Of a stretch of DNA of 64,000 nucleotides, positions 27,471 through 39,005 are shown one piece after another. Origin of the DNA: Octopus vulgaris (lineage: Eukaryota); contig OX597816.1 of assembly GCA_951406725.2 (NCBI GenBank), positions 107,198,001-107,262,000 on the forward strand, given 5' to 3'. Under the pieces are notes generated by a model. That model ran no database searches and was not told the DNA's origin. It saw only the letters and a program-made list of their open reading frames with translations. The translations under genes were made by a program, and so were the position numbers. The first letter of the stretch is position 1. Each line of letters opens with the position of its first letter.

Positions 27471-28125
27471 CATCATCATCATCATCATCATCATCGTTGT
27501 TGTTGTTTAACATCTGTTTTCCATGTTGGCATAGGTTGGATGTTTTGACATGGAACTGGCCAGGTGGGGAGCTGTCCAGGCTCCAATTGTATGTTGTGGC
27601 ATGGTTTCTAGAGATGCCCTTCCTGTATGTATAGATGACAGTGATTTTACTTAGCTTGATGTGTTTTATCAAGTACAACAAATCACCATATCTCCCAGTC
27701 CCTTTTCATTTCCTTGGTGAGACCCAGCATCCGAAGATTCTTCATCCGATGTCTTTCTGGGTCTACCCCATCCACAGGTCACCTCCACAATTAGAGCTTG
27801 GTACTTCTTTATGCAACTGTCCTCATCCATACACATCACATGACCAAACCAGTGCAGTCTTCTCTCTTGCACATATCTGGTGCCTCTTATACCCAGTTTT
27901 CCTTTTAAATCACTTACACTCTGTTGTATATGCACACTGACATTACCCATCAGTAGAGCATGCTAGCTTCATTTCTTTCAAGCCTTCACAAGTCCCCTGT
28001 AGTCAAAGCCCATATTTCACTGCCATGTAACATAGCTGTATATACACAGGTATCATACAATCTGCCTTTCACTTTGAGGGAGAGGCCCTTAGTTACCAGG
28101 AAAGGTAGAAGCTCTCCGAACTTTA
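27471..28125 (-). mobile_element. RTE LINE 3' fragment
   Basis: ERRLHWFGHVMCMDEDSCIKK...GRPRKT plus 3' UTR and tail. Confidence 0.85.
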
Positions 28126-28177
28126 TGTGTTAGAATATGAAGTTATTTCAACTGTCTTGACTTATCAGTCATCTTCA

Positions 28178-28394
28178 TTCTTTTCTGCTCTAGGCACAAG
28201 GTCCGAAATTTTTGGGGAGGGGTCCAGTCGATTAGATCGACTCCAGTACACAACTGGTATTTAATTTATCAACCCCTAAAAGGATGAAAGGCAAAGTCGA
28301 CCTCAACGGAATTTGAACTCAGAACATAAAGACAGACAAAATACTGCTAAGCATTTTGCCTGGCATGCTAACATTTCTACCAGTTCACCGCCTT
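28178..28394 (-). mobile_element. SINE family C
   Basis: Colinear with 3525-3738. Confidence 0.85.
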
Positions 28395-29044
28395 ATCAGT
28401 CATCTGCATTGAACCAACAGGAGAGCCTCTATGTGGTCACTAAACCTGCTAGAAATAGAAACTCTTCCTCAAATCATACCCTACCATCTCAAATTAGGAA
28501 AAACACATTAGTTATTCTAGTTCTAGATCTCCCCCTAAACATAGCGTGGTCTTTACTGGAACACTTTTGATCTTAGATCTGTTCAATTAGTGTTGGCCTG
28601 GGGTTAAAAAACACCCACCAGTTATAATTGTCATCATTATCATCATCATTCTCATTGCTGTAAGATGATGATAATGATAATCATTAGTTTTGAACATCCG
28701 TCTTTCCTGTCATTTGTTATGCCTTTGTCATCTTATCTGTGATCATATCTCATCCTGAAATCTTATCATCTCTTTTTCTTCCTCAGTTCTGCAACATTTA
28801 TTACACCTGCATTCATCTCACATTTTAATCACACATCCATCCCATTAATGTAATCTCTTTTGCATAAATTACTTGATGCTTTTAATGCTCAATCTGCTTC
28901 TCGTGTGACTTGTGTTCTACCTTCAGCTCTTGTGGAAGTTACCATATCTTTTCCAACCCTGACAGATATTATACATTGATTGTCCCCAAGGGGGTTGCAA
29001 CCATGTGGTTGAGAAGCAAACTTCTTACCACACTGTCACACCTA

Positions 29045-29520
29045 TATCATCATCATCGTTTAACGTCCGCTTTCCTTTCCATGCTAGCATGGGTTGGATG
29101 ATTTGACTGAGATCTGGCGAACCAGATGGCTGCACCAGACTCCAATCTAATCTGGCAGAGTTTCTACAGCTGCATGCCTTTCCTAATGCCAACAACTCCG
29201 AGAGTGTAGTGGGTGCTTTTATGTGCCACCAGAACGAGGGCCAGTCAGGCAGTACTGGCAAAGGCCACACTCAAATGGTGTTTTTTTACGTGCCACCTGC
29301 ACAGGAGCCAGTCCAGCAGCATTGGCAATGACCTCACTTGAATGTTTTTTTCACATGCCACCAGCACAAGTGCTAGTAAGGCGACACAAGTAACAATCAC
29401 GCGAGAATGGTATTTTTAACGTGCCATTGGCATGGAGGCCAGCTTGTTACTCTGGCAATGATCTCACTCGTATGGTACTTTTAGCGCTCCACTAGTATGG
29501 ATGTCAGTCATCAAATTTGA
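29045..29520 (-). mobile_element. RTE 3'-UTR-only copy (5'-truncated)
   Basis: CATCATCGTTTAACGTCCGCT..CCATGCTAGCATGGGTTGG.. followed by several ~65-bp internal units. Confidence 0.8.
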
Positions 29521-30078
29521 TATATATATAACTGAATGTGAATGATGCAGTCATATATGCATTATATTGTCTACAATAAATAAATCATTGAGATGATCAT
29601 AAATGGAATGCCTTTTATCATAGAGCTATTCTGTTAGAGCTCGCTTGCAGGTTAAGTTACTAAGTTACTACTACTACTACTACTACTGCTGCTGCTGTAG
29701 GTACTGCCACTGCTGCCATTGCTCCCAACCACCATGACCACCACCACCACCACCACCATTTGTTATGTTTATACATGGAAAGTGTTCCATTTCAGAGAAC
29801 TAGCTTTATGTCCATGCTAGCATCAAAATATGAATAAACAAAATGAATGCCACATCACGAAATGGTCAAGAAAGAAAATTCCTAGCCTTTATCTTATACT
29901 TCTTTGCTGTTGTGATTTGTTGTCAGCATGTCAACTTGTCAGAATGTCACAAGTTCTTCAGCTTGAACAACTTTAGTTCAAACAGTTACACCATCTCTAT
30001 TTTTTTCTTTTTTTAAATATGAGATGAATCTATTGTAAATAGATAGATAGATAGATAGATAGACAGAAAGAAAGATGG

Positions 30079-30120
<42 letters not shown>

Positions 30121-30262
30121 GAAGAACAAAGAGAAAAGGAAAAGGGCCTCAGTACCCTGCACGTCAGTCGGGCCACTCCATGACGGCGGAGTGCAACTCG
30201 AGTGACGAGAGGCTGCTAAGAATCACAGGTTCCCGAAAGCTGTCATGGAACAGGACTAAACT

Positions 30263-30291
<29 letters not shown>

Positions 30292-30293
<2 letters not shown>

Positions 30294-30500
30294 GTTTATC
30301 CAAACAAGAAAGCACAAAAAAATACAACAACACGAGGACGTGGAACAAATATAGTGTTATTGGACGCTCAGCAAAGAAGGAAAGAAAGAGGGTTTAACGT
30401 TTCGAGCGGAGCTCTTCGTCGGAAACATAGGAGAAGGAAAGATCCAGAGAAGGGAAGACGGAGGAAAAAAAATCGCCAGCGGTACACATGCGGTCACATT
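30292..30500 (-). mobile_element. PLE-type pLTR fragment
   Basis: A paralogous copy lies at 31219-31425; both start at (TA)n and carry a minus-strand hammerhead. Confidence 0.65.
30392..30426 (-). ncRNA. Minimal hammerhead motif (U4C variant)
   Basis: Minus strand: GTTT CCGACGA a GAGC-tcc-GCTC GAAA CGT T AAAC, with palindromic ACGT in place of stem III. Confidence 0.6.
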
Positions 30501-30810
30501 TAATTATATACATAATTATAATTAGGGGTCAGCTAATTGCTTTGCCACAAATGCGTCTGTGATTAATCAAAGTCATGTGGATTCATCATTTTTCTTTTTG
30601 CCTACATAAAAATGTGCGTCATTGTCTCAGAGATCTTTATGGTAGTTGCAAAGACATTAGTGTCTATTTCTAATTCGGTACGTGGCGAAGCAATTAGCTG
30701 ACCCCTGATTATTATTATGTATATAATTATAGAATATTTTGTATACTTGGTAGAATTATTAATTATTTATAAATTAATTAATTAATTAATTAATCTTACC
30801 CAATATTATA
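30501..30810. mobile_element. Inverted-repeat element, probably a PLE end inversion
   Basis: 48-bp inverted repeat (30501-30548 vs 30682-30729); the right arm extends to a (TA)n tract. Confidence 0.55.
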
Positions 30811-30817
30811 TATATAT

Positions 30818-31200
30818 ATCATCATCATCATCATCATCGCTTAACGTCCGTTCTCCATGCTAGCATGGGTTGGACGGTTCGACCAGGGATCTGGGAAGCC
30901 AGAAGGCTGCACCAGGCTCCAGTCTTATCTGGCAATGTTTCTACAGCTGGATGCCCTTCCTAACGCCAACCACTCCATGAGTGTAGTGGGTGCTTTTTAC
31001 GTGCCACCTGCACAGGTGCCAGGCGAGGCTGGCAATGGCCACGGTCGGATTGGTGCATTTTACGTGCCACCGGCACGGAAGCCAGTCGAGGCAGTGCTGG
31101 CATCGGCCACGAGTCGGATAGTGCTTTTTACGTACCACCAGACCAGGGATCCTGGCTGGTTCAATTTGATTTCGATTTCGCTTGCCCCAACATGTCTTCG
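30818..31200 (-). mobile_element. RTE 3'-UTR-only copy
   Basis: Same tail and GGATGCCCTTCCTAACGCCAACCACTC motif; CpGs are retained, suggesting a young copy. Confidence 0.8.
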
Positions 31201-31218
31201 CATATATATATATATATA

Positions 31219-31425
31219 TAGTCAATCCAAACAAGGACAAGGAAGAAAAAACAACAATGCGAGGATGTGGAACAAGAACTGTGTTATTGGATGTTCAAGA
31301 AAGGAAAGAAAAGAAAGAGGATTTCACATTTCAAGCGTAGCTCTTCATCAGAAATATAGAAAAAGTCCAAAGAAGGGAAGATGGAGAATGAAAATTGCCA
31401 GTGATACACACGCGGTCACATATTG
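31219..31425 (-). mobile_element. PLE-type pLTR fragment with a decayed hammerhead (31321-31355)
   Basis: Minus strand: ATTT CTGATGA a GAGC-tac-GCTT GAAA TGT G AAAT. Confidence 0.62.
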
Positions 31426-31902
31426 AAATGACTGGAAGGGAATGGGTGAAGAAAAAGTTCTTTCTAAGACAGGAGAGTGCAAGAGAAGGAGGTATGTGTG
31501 TGTACGTGTGGGTATGTGTGTGCATGCAGGTTTGTTGTGTGTGTGTGTGTGTGATAATAGCACATGTATGTGCATATGTGTGTGGGTGTGGTTGTGGGTG
31601 TGGCTGTTTATGTATGTGTGTGGTTGGACTTAGTGCACATATAGGTGCGCACACACACAGATTGTTTGAAGTGGCGAACAGATTATATAAATTAAGACTA
31701 CCACCTTTTACTTCATCTTTGTGTGTGTGTGTGTGTGTGTGGAGAGAGAGTTAGAGGTAGTGAGATAGAGGTAGGGTAGTTAAATAGAAAGATAGAGGTC
31801 TAGAGAAGGGGGGGGAAGGAGAGAGAGAATGAGAGGAAGAGGGAGATAAAGCATGGGATAGATATTCTGAAGTGTAAGTGAAAGCAAAGATGGTTAGAAA
31901 AA

Positions 31903-31950
<48 letters not shown>

Positions 31951-32299
31951 TAGAGCAAGAGATAAGAGATGAGAAAGATGCTAGTGGATGGGTGGTGGTG
32001 ATTTCAATTCAATTTGCAAAAGAATAGAAATCCACTGAAGATGTTTTATCAGAAATCAATTGATGTCTTATTTCTTTTGGAAGTAAAACAAATTCCTTAT
32101 TGAGAATTCCAAATCTCTAAAATCATCCATTTACTGCAAATAAGTGAGTCAATGAGGGTGCCACTATGTGGTCACTAGACCTGTTAGAAACAGCAGCCAA
32201 ACATCCCTAAAATCACAATCTATCAATCTTAAAATGGAAAGGGCAATAACATAGTTATAATGTGGTCCTGGATAGACTACAACCAAGCTTAAGATGTGA

Positions 32300-32473
32300 T
32301 CGCTTGACAACCGATGGTGGTGTGTTTACGTCCCCATAACTTAGCAGTTCAGCAAAAGAGACCGATAGAATAAGTACTAGGCTTACAAAGAATAAGTCCT
32401 GGGGTCGATGTGCTTGACTAAAGGTGGTGCTCCAGCATGGCCATATTCAAATGACTGAAACAAGTAAAAGAGA
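32300..32473 (+). mobile_element. SINE family A, 3' half
   Basis: CGCTTGACAACCGAT..GAAACAAGTAAAAGAG. Confidence 0.82.
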
Positions 32474-32474
32474 G

Positions 32475-32810
32475 TTGTTGTGGCCATCACCTACGCATCT
32501 CCAATTGATGCTGAATGTTGGAGTTCAAGTTGAAGTGATGGCAGATCAACTTCAACTGGAAATATTTTCTTGAAATCCAAAACTTCTGTGGAAAACTTGG
32601 TCATGCAAACGGCATCTCCTGGCAAATTTGATATTTGATAGAGTAATTTGCATTTCCATTTAGAATATGGTTCACTCATCGAAAATCTCTTCTCTATTGG
32701 AACAGAGATGTCTTTGATGTCTTTATCACCATGCCAATGTATATTTCCTGTTCCTTGCTCTTGTTGTTTGTTGTTGACGTTTCATTTGCTATTATCTTCA
32801 TAGAACAGAA
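32475..32810 (-). pseudogene. Probable hAT transposase C-terminal remnant
   Basis: Frameshifted minus-strand pieces EIYIG..DFR and CKLLYQISNLP..FKKIFPVEVDLPSLQLEL. Confidence 0.4.
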
Positions 32811-33314
32811 CAGAGAGATATGAATTTATAGATAGATACTCTCTTTTGGTTCTTTTTGTTTTTGTTTTTTCTTTTTAAGGGACGAAAACATGATTGCATC
32901 TATTTATTTATTTATATATGTATGTTAATGTTTGTTTATTTTTTTTATTATTATTTCTTTGTGTTATTTTTTAATATTTCTTCTCCAGTTCTCTCTTTCT
33001 CTCTTTTACTTTTCTGCCATAACCAAAAAAAAAAACAAAAAAAAAAACCCCAACACAAAACAACTATTTCTTCCCCTGCTACCCACCCCTATCTGCCACA
33101 CACCATAAGCTCTGAAACTCTGAGATTCAGTAACTACTGCTTTTGAGTAGTGATAATCAAAGTAAGTGTCCTGTTCCTTCCTACCAGTTGAATTTCAATT
33201 TCAATACTTTGAATAATGATCATATAGCTCTGAGGAATAAAAGAAATAAATGGAAACTAGTTGTAGTAGTGGTGGTGGTGGGGGTGGAGGCGGTTGTTGG
33301 TGGTGGTAGATGAT

Positions 33315-33703
33315 AATCTTTTCTACTAAAGACACAATGCCTGAAATTTTTGGGGAGGGGTTAAGTTGATTACATCGACCTCCCCAGTACTAAACTGGTA
33401 CTTAATTTGTCGACCCCTGAAAGGATGAAAGGCAAAGTCGGCCTCGGCAGTATGTAGCGACGTGCAAAATACCTATTTCTTTACTACCCACAAGGGGCTA
33501 AACACAGAGAAGACAAACAAGGACAAACAGATTAAGTCGATTATATCGACCCCAGTGCGTAACTGGTACTTATTTAATCGATCCTGAAAAGATGAAAGGC
33601 AAAGTCGACTTTGGCAGAATTTGAACTGAGGACATAGCTGCAGATGAAATACTGCTAAGCATTTCGTCCAGCGCGCTAACAGTTCTGCCAGCTCACTGAC
33701 TTA
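33315..33703 (-). mobile_element. Two adjacent or nested SINE family C copies
   Basis: The core motif occurs twice (~33395-33450 and ~33560-33620). Confidence 0.8.
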
Positions 33704-33713
33704 ACGGTGGTAG

Positions 33714-34074
33714 TTAATAATAATAAGAACAATAAGAATGATGATGATAGTTATGATGATTGTGGTAGGTGTTGTTGTTGTTGTTGTTGTTGGCAGTGGT
33801 GGTGATGATGATTGCAGTAGTTATGATAATGGTGGTGGCGGCGACAGTGGTGATGATGACAATGACGACAACAATGATGGTGGTGGCAGTAACGACGATG
33901 ACGATGATGATAATGATGGTGATGATGATGATGTTGACAATAGCCACAAAGATATAGTGAATTAGAAAATGAGATATCCAGCCTCCCAAATAGTATTGGT
34001 TAAATAATTTATTATCAATATTGTCATGATTTTTTACATTTTGTTTTTTTTGTTTTTATTTCTTGTTGCTCTTG

Positions 34075-34112
<38 letters not shown>

Positions 34113-34750
34113 GCTGTTGTTTTTGTTATTGTTGTACATGCAAGGTAGGAGCTAAAAGTACAAAATATATAATGTAATCCAACTTCCTTTGATAGAGGAA
34201 TTTTTTTTGTATTATTTATGTTTTTTTTTTTACTATGCAAAACAGTTGAAAGAAAGCATTATCTTATTACTATTCTGCTGTTTCATATGTTCATTTTTTT
34301 TGTTGTTTTGTTTCTCAACCACGTGCCACTTCTCTTTCTGGTTTTGTTTACTATTTATAAATAACATTGGTTACTTTACTTACTGTTAAGTCTATCGACT
34401 CGGTACAGCGCTAAGCTTGCTGGATGTAATTACATGTTGGCTAATACTTGCAGAATTTATGGTTTTCTTATTCATATCCTATATTTCCATTATCCGCCTG
34501 CTGCAATCTTCATCATTGTCATCACCATCTTTACCTCAACCACCACCACCACCTCCACTACCACTGCCGCCGCCACCACCACTATAACTGCGGCTACCGC
34601 TGCCACCACCGCTGCCACCACAACCGCCACCACCACTGCCACCACCACCACCACCACCACTACTATGATCGTCGTCATCATAGTTGTTGACATATCACTG
34701 TTATCCTTGTCATTGTCATTATCATGATCATCATAATCATAATCACCATC
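33714..34750. repeat. Trinucleotide microsatellite cluster (GAT/GGT then CAT/CAC)
   Basis: Directly visible. Confidence 0.9.
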
Positions 34751-34789
34751 ATCCCCCCACTCCATGACCAGTCATATTTTCATTTCATG

Positions 34790-35100
34790 GAAGGGTGGAA
34801 ACAATCGACACTGCTTGTATGACAGTGACACTCATTTACAACACTTGCATGATATCAAGACAAGAAAATGCAAACACACACATACAAGTTCACTCCTACA
34901 CTCATGCACACACAACTACACACACACCAACACACAGATCTAGTCAATAGATTTCTTTTAGTTTCCATCAACCAAATCCAATTACAAGGCTTTGGTTGTC
35001 CTGGGCTATAGTACAATACATCCCTCCAAGGTTCCACGCAGTGGGACTGAACCTGGTAAGACATCAGAAATGAACTTCTTCACCACACAACCATGTCTGC
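34790..35100 (-). mobile_element. SINE with family-A head and an alternative body
   Basis: Head as in family A; body matches 52115-52390. Confidence 0.65.
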
Positions 35101-35407
35101 ACTTATACACACATACATACCTGTAATTATTGGGGCCCTGGGATATGTAAACACACTGCCTAATTACCAACCATGAGAAATTAAGCTTCTCAGAACCAGA
35201 AAGGAGAAAGCTAATTCAAAAACTACAGATCCTATACATCACTGGAGCTGTAAAAATCTGCAAAACTTTCCAGAAGCTTATCATTTAAATATATATGAGC
35301 ATGTCTAGATATGTAACTATATGCATCAGAGTACATACATAAAATATACACATCTGCATACATGCATGCATACATACATACATACATACATACATACATA
35401 CATACAT

Positions 35408-35474
<67 letters not shown>

Positions 35475-35910
35475 TACCCTGTTGTTGATGCTGAAATTCC
35501 AATGAAGGAACCTTGGATCTAGATTAGAAACTGGTTCTTTATTGGCAAGAAATCTTGAAATAAACTGAATAATGACATACATACATACATACATGCATGC
35601 ATGCATGCATACATACATACATACATATATGTGTGTGTATGTATGCATGTGTGTGTGTTATACATGGGGCTTTGTACAGTTTCTGTACCAATTTGATTCA
35701 TAAGTTATTGGTTGGCCTGTGGCTATAGGAGAAAATACTTGCCCAAGGTGTCACTGAATGGAACTGAACTGAAAACCATGTACTTTCAAAACTTAACTTC
35801 TGAACCACACAGCCATGCTTGGAACTTTGAAAGGACAAGGCTGTTAATAATTCTGTAATTTATGTGTGTGCGTATGTGTGTGTGTTTTATGGGCTTTAAA
35901 AAAAAATTTA

Positions 35911-35943
35911 TGTTTTCTCTTCCTTTTGATATTTTAGGTAAGA
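35911..35943 (+). promoter_or_regulatory. 3' splice acceptor of the FLVCR exon, directly followed by a donor-like GTAAGA (recursive-splice-site motif)
   Basis: tgttttctcttccttttgatattttAG|GTAAGA. Confidence 0.7.
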
Positions 35944-36521
35944 CATCAACAAAACCTGCTGTGGCTGCAAATCAAGAGGGAGATGAGGCTAAACTGAATC
36001 CCGATTCAGATACCAACAAAAATGAAACATCCCAATTGGATGATTCAAAAGTCCATCCACTGAATGTTTTTAAACGACGATGGATTGTATTAACTCTCTT
36101 CTGCTTTTTTTCAATGAGCAATGCTTACCAATGGATTCACTTAAATATCGTTGCTAATATCATAGAGACATACTATAATGCCAGTTTACCAACAGATGAA
36201 TATCAGAGAGAATTGGCGGTGGACTGGCTTTCTATGGTTTATATGCTTGCATATATTCCATTAATTTTTCCAGCGTCATGGCTTCTGGATCGAAAGGGTC
36301 TTCGAGTGATAATCATCTGTGGAACACTGCTGAACTGTGTAGGAGCATGGTTGAAGTGTATAAGTGCATCACCAGATCGCTTCTGGTTGTTGATGATTGC
36401 ACAGACAATTTGTGGCATTGCTCAAATTTTTGTTCTTGAAGTGCCACCTCGGTTGGCTGCTGTTTGGTTTGGGCCAAATGAAGTGTCAACGGCAACATCT
36501 ATAGGAGTGTTTGGCAACCAG
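35938..36521 (+). CDS. FLVCR: Internal coding exon of an FLVCR-family (SLC49) MFS transporter (choline/ethanolamine, heme-related); encodes the N-terminal TM helices
   Basis: Translation contains VFKRRWIVLTLFCFFSMSNAYQWIH...VDWLSMVYMLAYIPLIFPASWLLDRKGLR...GAWLK...AQTICGIAQIFVLEVPPRLAAVWFGPNEVSTATSIGVFGNQ, the FLVCR1/2 signature. A pyrimidine tract and AG (35936-35937) precede it and CAG|GTATGT (36521/36522) follows it. No Met occurs before TM1, so the start codon is in an upstream exon (phase 1) that I could not identify. The next exon was not found in the window. Confidence 0.93.
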
Positions 36522-36870
36522 GTATGTATGTTTCAAATGATTTCATTGAAAAAATTGGTTTTGTTAATTGATTGGTAATTGATTTCATATACATTTAAGT
36601 ATTTATTTTGCAAGATTCTTGATGTGAAATCATGTGTTGAAACAAATATTGTTATATTTTTGGATGGTCATTTTTTTTTTACCAAATATATATCTATTCA
36701 TTTATATATTTATTTATTCTTTGTATATATTTATTCTATATATTTATTCTTCACTCTGAAGAACTAATATATAGTGCATGTGTTTATTTGGCAAAGAAAA
36801 AAAAGATCATCCTGAAATAAAGTAATATGATTTCAAATAATTTTTGAAAGTAAACCACAGAATTGTAATA

Positions 36871-37018
36871 CAGTTGGTAATCCTTTATTGGAAAGACTTG
36901 GAGCTGGAAGTATTTCGGATTTCAGATTTTAGAATGGTTTTACCTATAATATGTCATGTCACAGCTTGGGGATGAAATCCAAGTCTAAATACATTATTTA
37001 TTTTCATTTCATTATACA
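36871..37018 (+). mobile_element. pogo/Tigger4-like DNA transposon end (continues at ~37627-37648 and ~38072-38140)
   Basis: TA|CAGTTG.. start; TTGGGGATGAAATCCAAGTCTAAA resembles the recalled Tigger4/Zombi consensus. Confidence 0.55.
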
Positions 37019-37019
37019 G

Positions 37020-37626
37020 TCTATGATGATGATGATAATCATCATCATCATTTAATGTCTGCTTTCCATCCTGGCATGGGTTGGACAGTTTGACTGAAAA
37101 CTGGTGAGTTTGGGGGAGGGGCTGTACCAGGTTCCAATCTGGTTTGGCATGGTTTCTACAGCTGGATGTCCTTTCTAACACCAACCACTCCGAGAGTGTA
37201 GTGGGTTATTTTTAAGTGCCACTGGCACGTGTACCAATGACCTGACATTGGCATCAGCCATGACTATGGTCTCACTTAGTTTGACAGGTCTACACAAGCA
37301 CAGTATATTGCCAAAGGTCTTGGTCACCTGTCACTGCCTCCATGAGGTTTGAATGGTGCTTTTTATGTGCCACCAACATGGGTACCAGTCAGATGGCACT
37401 AGTATCAGCTACAATTATGATTTCACTTGGTTTGACAAGTCTTCACAAGCACAACATATCACCCTGGCCATGACTACAATCTCATTTGGCTTGATGGGTC
37501 TTCTCAAGCATATGTCCAAAAGGTCTTAGTTGCTTGTCATTGCCTCTGTGAGGCCCAACAGTCAAAGATCATGTTTCACCACTTCATCCTATGTCTTCCT
37601 GGGACTACCTCTTCCACAGGTTCCCT
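37020..37626 (-). mobile_element. RTE LINE 3' UTR plus ORF end
   Basis: Same 3' UTR; the ORF end reads GSPRKT*DEVVKHDL on the minus strand. Confidence 0.8.
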
Positions 37627-37648
37627 GATGCATATGTTATGAAAAGTT

Positions 37649-38061
37649 ATTTAATTACTAAAGCCCTGGAGCACTGGCCGTTGATGAATTTTCTCTACCA
37701 TTCTTGACTCTAGGCTGTTTTTTCTGCATCTCTCCAGTTGGATCCCTACTTTTTCCTTTTCAGATGTCGCTGCACCATGCCATATATTTCTCCAAAGGAA
37801 GCTTTCCTCTCCCAGATCCTGTTGATTTTGAATTGCCGTTAGTGCTTCTGTAACTTTGCGTTTTTCTAGGTAAGGGTGTTAGCTCTACTTAAAACCATTT
37901 TTACCACAGGGATGAGGTGGTCCATATTAGTCTGACCTCTACCTTTTGATCTGTCAGCCATGAGAAGCCCTCTCATGGGCTTGTGCTCTGCAGGCAGGCA
38001 TAGCACACAGGGTCAATAAGGCATACAAGCCACCACATCAAATCACCCTGTGGTGGTTATC
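37649..38061 (-). mobile_element. Short non-autonomous RTE-derived element (5' UTR fused to 3' end) with TSD
   Basis: Direct repeat ATGAAAAGTT at 37639-37648 and 38062-38071. The minus strand resembles RTE 5' UTRs (GGCTTG..GACCC..GCTATGCC; GCTAACACCCTTACC). Confidence 0.6.
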
Positions 38062-38177
38062 ATGAAAAGTTTTACATAAATTTTGTACTTGTCCAGTTTT
38101 CAACAACATGTAAGTTTCATTTTGGGAGCATCACTTTTCAGTTAAACAAATCTGGTTATTATACTTTCACTTTATTG

Positions 38178-38710
38178 CAGGGGTTCTCAACCATTTGTTT
38201 TTATCTATGGGCCCCTTTGATTACTATTTTATTCTGGTGGGCCCCTCCATAGCATAGCCATTCCATGTTTAAAAACTAGTCTTTTGAAACTTCTATCAAA
38301 ATTCCTATTTTGTTTTTCACACATTAACTTCTGTAGGTTGAACTATGTCAAATGTTGGAGAAAGAAGCCTAGTTGTTTCTGGCAGTATGAAGAGATGCTA
38401 AAAAGCTCCTGGCTTTAAAGGGCATTGTGAAAGGCCTGGTTAGAGGCTCAACCTTCCAAGTTCTTTTACAGGGTTTAGAAAAACTGAAGAACTGCTGCAA
38501 TAAATGTGTGAATCTGAGAGGGGAATATGTTGAATAAAATAATAATTAACTGATCCTCCTGTATTTTCTTTTACCCCCTTGTGCATACCTATACATACAT
38601 CTAAAGCAAAATATTTTCAGAGTCCCTTAAAATACTCTTATGGATCTCCAATTTAGTATTTTGTTGCGTGGTCCCCCAAAAATCTTATACTGGCCTTCAG
38701 GGCCATCCCA
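38178..38710. mobile_element. hAT MITE related to the above, interrupted by a mariner derivative
   Basis: CAGGGGTTCTCAACC start and the GGCCCCTTTGATT segment. Confidence 0.6.
38386..38585 (+). mobile_element. mariner-derived non-autonomous element
   Basis: Encodes GLEKLKNCCNKCVNLRGEYVE*, the typical mariner transposase C-terminus. Confidence 0.78.
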
Positions 38711-39005
38711 ATACTTATTTTAAATCTGGTATTTATTCTATTGGTCTCTTTACCCAAACTTAGTCTTGAGGATGTAAACAAACTGACACCAATTTTCTAG
38801 TGCAGGGTTGTGTGTAAAAAAAAACAAACAAACTCAAAGACTCTCTCACACACACAGAGTTTACATCTGTCAAATTCACTCACAAGGCATTGGTTGATCT
38901 GGCACTATAGTAGAAGACACTTGCCTAAGGTGCCATGCAGTGGGACTGAATCCAAAACCATGTGGTTGCAAAGCAAATGCTTAACCACACAACCATGTCT
39001 GCACC
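38710..39005 (-). mobile_element. SINE family A
   Basis: Reverse complement of family A. Confidence 0.78.

Noticed and set aside
33120-33167. Strong donor AAA|GTAAGT upstream of the FLVCR exon
   Set aside because: No supportable exon or start codon; such motifs are frequent by chance.
35490-35545. AACCT/AGATT stem followed by GAAACTGG
   Set aside because: No recognisable YUGANRA core; at most a decayed remnant.
35862-35937. ORF-track N-terminus MCVRMCVCFMGF.. (and C-terminal tail 36522-36578) of the FLVCR ORF
   Set aside because: Intronic read-through beyond clear splice sites.
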